A DNA stretch of 64,000 bases from Lama glama (lineage: Eukaryota), in the NCBI GenBank assembly GCA_028534125.1, contig CM052820.1, forward strand, positions 29,946,001 through 30,010,000, written 5' to 3'. The translations under genes and the position numbers were made by a program. This document shows positions 60,190 through 64,000 of this stretch, piece after piece. Below the pieces are notes generated by a model that worked only from the letters and a program-made list of their open reading frames with translations, made no database searches and had not been told where the DNA came from. The first letter of the stretch is position 1. Every line of letters begins with the position of its first letter.

Positions 60190-60954
60190 AAAGCAGTTCT
60201 TTCATTTTATGTTTTTGGCAATAGCTTCCCTACTAAAGTTATCCCTTTTCCACCCCCAAGCTACACAATTTGTAAAGCACAGAGAAGAAAGGTAGAAATG
60301 AGTTTGGGAGCAGCTGGAAATGATGAATTTATAATGATCACAGAAGGAGTAAGAGTAAAATTTACTTCACTACAGTGGCTCTGCGGGGCTGCTTCTTGGC
60401 AGCGCAATGAGTGAGACTTTGGGGGAAGAAGTATTGATGGTGCTGATAAGCAGTACCACAGACTCTTAGGATGACACGAGACCTTATGGTTCAGCTAATC
60501 CAACCCTTCCAGAAATGCTGTGACACCTGTTGTGTTCATAACACAATAAAACTCCATACACAAAGCATCTAAACAATAGCATTTTTCCTTTGTATATTTG
60601 GCACACTTGTTTTAGAAAAGAGAAAAATGGTAAGTAAGCTATGCAGATTTTAAGGGTTCATTGCAAAATTAGCTTCCAGGGGATGTCATTGGGCCAGGTT
60701 GGATTCAGTCCATCTCCCTCACCTTTTCCTCTCAGAGACATGATGCTGGGTTCCTGTAAAAGCTTAAGTGCTTTCTGAATCACCCCAGAAACACTTAACT
60801 ACACTGATCATAATTGAATGCATTATTAATTCCTTCTTTGAAAACTGATATTCCATGTTTGTCATTAGACAGTTCCATTTATCTGTCTAACAAAACTCAA
60901 AGCCCACTGTGTTTATGACCTGCCTGATAGCTGACATTTATCAAGGTGAAAACA

Positions 60955-61080
60955 ATTATATTGTTCCCATTTTACAGAGGTACAGAAAGGTTAAGCAAAT
61001 TACTGAAGTCAGACAATGAATAAAAGGTAAAGCCAAGAAGCAAACCCAGGCAGTCTGACTATAGAAGTTATGCTCTTAAT
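60955..61080 (-). mobile_element. MIR fragment
   Basis: TTGTTCCCATTTTACAGAGG...AAGGTTAAG...AAACCCAGGCAGTCTGACT. Confidence 0.75.
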
Positions 61081-61361
61081 TCTTTACATTACTTTAACTA
61101 TAAAACTATAGTCTTCATCTACTTGGGATCAATGGACATTAACTGCACAGGCAGCATATTGAGTTCTCTCTGCAAGTACTTTCCAATTGCAGGAAAGAAC
61201 CCCAGTTATTTTTAGACTTCTTTCCATCCCAACACACCCATGGGAGATGTCACACGGTATACCACCAATACTGAGGGCTTATACACAAGTTACTCTCTGT
61301 GTTGCGGGACAGGGGACTCTGATATGCCTTCCTACTAAGAGTCACTACTCTAGAGTTGAGG

Positions 61362-64000
61362 AGTTCCCCTTTTGGCATTACAGCATGAAGAACTCTGCAG
61401 ACCCACTCTTTAGCAAAACTGGTTCAAATTGTTTTTACAAACAGTAAAGTCCTTGGAAATATTTCTGCTAGTATACAGCAAATAAAGAAAAATTTATTCA
61501 TGGAAATCTACTAAAACTCAGTAAGAGTTAGTGGTATTTGAACTAAGACCTACACTTTTCCTCCCCTGTCCCAGCTCTTAGTGAAGTGGAGACTCCACTC
61601 CAAACTGTTGCCACCAAGAACACAAGGTTCCCTCTCCTTCCAGCTCCCAGAAGTCTATCATCCTGGGAAGGACAGGAAATTGGCATTTCTCACCTTTCCC
61701 CCAGCTACCTGTTGTTAAAGCTAAGTACCAAGTGAATAGAGCCAAGAAGTAGGGGCTCCCTTCTTCAACCCTGACCCCATTCATGGGACAGAGGCTCTAC
61801 CTTGGGCACGGTGCAGCTGAGAACACTGTGTCCCCAGTCATGCTTCCCTTGGCTTGCACAGCTGAGTTCTATGCCAAGAGAAGCAAGCTGAGGAGACCTT
61901 GAGTTGCTGCTCTCTCCATTCACCAAGCATTCAGTTTCTAAAGCAGGAGTATCACTAAGAAAGAAGCATGGCACTGTCCCTGTCTTCAGCAACCAGATCT
62001 GGGGCTCATAGATTTCTGCCTGCAGGAATTAGTAGGTCATAGAAGAGAGAGTTCCAAGTCCCCTTCCAAAGAATCAGACATTTGCAATAGAGCATAAAAA
62101 ATGCAAGCCTAAAGTTTCTCTCAAAACAGTGGAAGTTATGGCAAAAGGCAGTTGGAAGGAAATTGGTAGAATCATTGGAGATATAGACTAAACTGCAGGA
62201 CTGCTAGTTTGCTGTAGAGAAATGGGCAAAAGAGACATATTACCCCCCTGGGGTGAGAACAAATTGCAAACACCTAATCTCAGCACTGTCTCTTCTAAGG
62301 AGCCTGAATCTGATTGGATTAGCCTGTGGAACAGTTTATGCCTCAGGGCACTGTTGGAAACAGAGCAATAATACAGCAATTAATTGGACTTAATAGTTGG
62401 GTGTGGTCATTATAAAAGAGAGCCTAAGAGACCCCTGCCAAAACCACAGTCATCACAGGGTTGTGAGCACGCACCCCTGAGGAGCACCATCAAAGACTTC
62501 ACACTGTGGGAGAAGTGAGATGGTGAGGGAAATAAACAAGTCACTAAACAACCAAAGAAGTAAATAAGAATAACAATCCCTGGAGAGACTAGCACTCAAG
62601 AGTTGCATAATACATTATCTAAAATGCTCGCTTTCTAACAAACAAAATGCAATACATGCAAAGAAACAATGAAGTATAACATTTAGTGCTTTATAAAACA
62701 GGCAACAGAAATTGCGAGAGTGACCAGATATTGGATTTAGCAGACAAAGACTTCAAAGTAGCCATTATAAATGCGCTCAAAAAATTAAAGGAAACCATGA
62801 TTAAAAAAGTAAAAGTAGGTAAGCTCACAATGTTGCCGCAAATAAAGAAAACTAATAAAGAGATAGAAATAATTTTTTAAAAAGTGGAAATTCTGGGGTT
62901 GATAAGTATAATAACCAAAATGAAAAATTCACTATAGAGGGGCTCAAAAATAGATTTGAACTGGCAGAAGAAAGAATTAGCAAACTTAAAGATGGATTGA
63001 TGAAGTTTATGCAATCTGAAGAAAGTAGGGGAAGAAAAAGAGAATAAGGAAAAATAAAGCATCAGAGAAATGTGGGACTCCATTATTGGCACCAATATAT
63101 GCATAATGAAAGTACCAGGAGGAAAGAAGAGAAAAAGAGGCAGAAAAAACATTTCAAGAAATAATGGCCAAAACACACTAATATACTTATCCAAAAAGCA
63201 CAATAAACTCCTAGAATAAACAAAAAGAGACCCACAAGTAGGAAAAATGCTGAAAGACAAAGACAAAGAGGAAATCTTGAAAGCAGCAAAAGAAAGTAAC
63301 ACATCACTCATAAGGAAACTCCAATAAGATTAACAGCTGAGTTCTCAACAGAAGCAATGGAAGCCAAGAAGCAGTGGGACAACATACTCAAAGTGTTCAA
63401 ATAAAAATATTTCAACCAAGGATCCTATATCAAGCAAAGCTACCTTTCAAAAATGAAGGCAAAATAAAGACATTAGCAGATAAGGAAAAACAGAGAATTT
63501 CTTGCTAGCAGAATTGCTTTACAAGAAATACTAAAGAAAATTCTTTAGGCTGAAAGCAAATGACCATAGCCAATAATTTGAATCCACACTAGAAAATAAG
63601 GAGCACTGGTAAAAGTAATTATTTAATTTTAAAGGACACTATAAATGCATATTTCCTGTCCTTTCTTCTCTTAACTGAATTTAAACTCAATTCTATAAAA
63701 CATACAATGTATCATTGGGCCTCTAACATATAGAAAAGTAATATATTTGCTAATACTAGCACAATAAAATTACTCCCCAAGGTGATCTAGAGTTACAATG
63801 TAATTTACACCCTATCAGAATCCCATCTGTCTTTCTTCCAAAATTTGACAGGCTGATCCTAAAGTTCATATAGAAGAGAACAGAATAGCCAGATCAATCT
63901 CAAAAATAATAAGATTAGAGGACTCACATTCTTCAGTTCCAAAACTTACTTACTACAAAGCAACGGTAATTAAAAAGGTGTGATACCGGTCAGGGTTGGG
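61362..64000 (+). mobile_element. Ancient L1 (L1M4/L1MC-type) with 5'UTR, degenerate ORF1 and a late ORF2 piece; continues past the window
   Basis: 5' end ACAGCATGAAGAACTCTGCAGACCCAC...ATCTACTAAAACTCAGTAAGA; ORF1 remnants ~62700-63570 (LDLADKDFKVAIINALK, EILKAAK, IRLTAEFS, RILYQAKLPFKNEGKIK); from ~63770 ORF2 post-RT motifs (LPK.I, DRLILKFI, YYKATVIK). Confidence 0.9.

Noticed and set aside
62686-63311. ORFs of 64-144 aa
   Set aside because: Degenerate L1 ORF1 and its antisense.
1-64000. Canonical miRNA, snRNA, tRNA or rRNA genes and a named host gene
   Set aside because: None recognised by eye. The locus cannot be named without alignment, so no gene symbol is given.

Overview
Mammalian genomic DNA, very probably camelid (Camelus/Vicugna). 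The evidence is one degraded camelid tRNA-derived Vic-1-like SINE at ~10.45 kb, cetartiodactyl-type L1 3'UTRs, and no Alu, Bov-A/Bov-tA, CHR or PRE SINEs that I could see. I recognise no protein-coding gene, rRNA, tRNA or canonical miRNA. The window looks like intergenic or large-intron DNA rich in old interspersed repeats: L2, MIR, L3/CR1, L1M, MaLR MLT1 LTRs, ERVL LTR16 and hAT MERs. It also has one comparatively young, intact ERV1/MER41-like solo LTR (49805-50406, GTTA target-site duplication), an L1 with its 5' end retained running off the right edge, and four assembly gaps. Nearly all ORF-track entries are chance or repeat-derived. The repeat-poor blocks (~17.6-23.8 kb, ~40.2-41 kb, ~48-49.7 kb) carry dense regulatory-type motifs. 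Two low-confidence spliced transcript/microprotein models can be built at ~19.2-21.0 kb and ~23.3-23.6 kb. Structural oddities seen directly are a fold-back inverted duplication inside an L1, a twin-priming-type inverted L1, a palindromic MER53 and a perfect 18-bp RFX palindrome. Repeat family names come from recalled consensus sequences, not a database search, and most boundaries are approximate. No novel biological system can be established from sequence alone.
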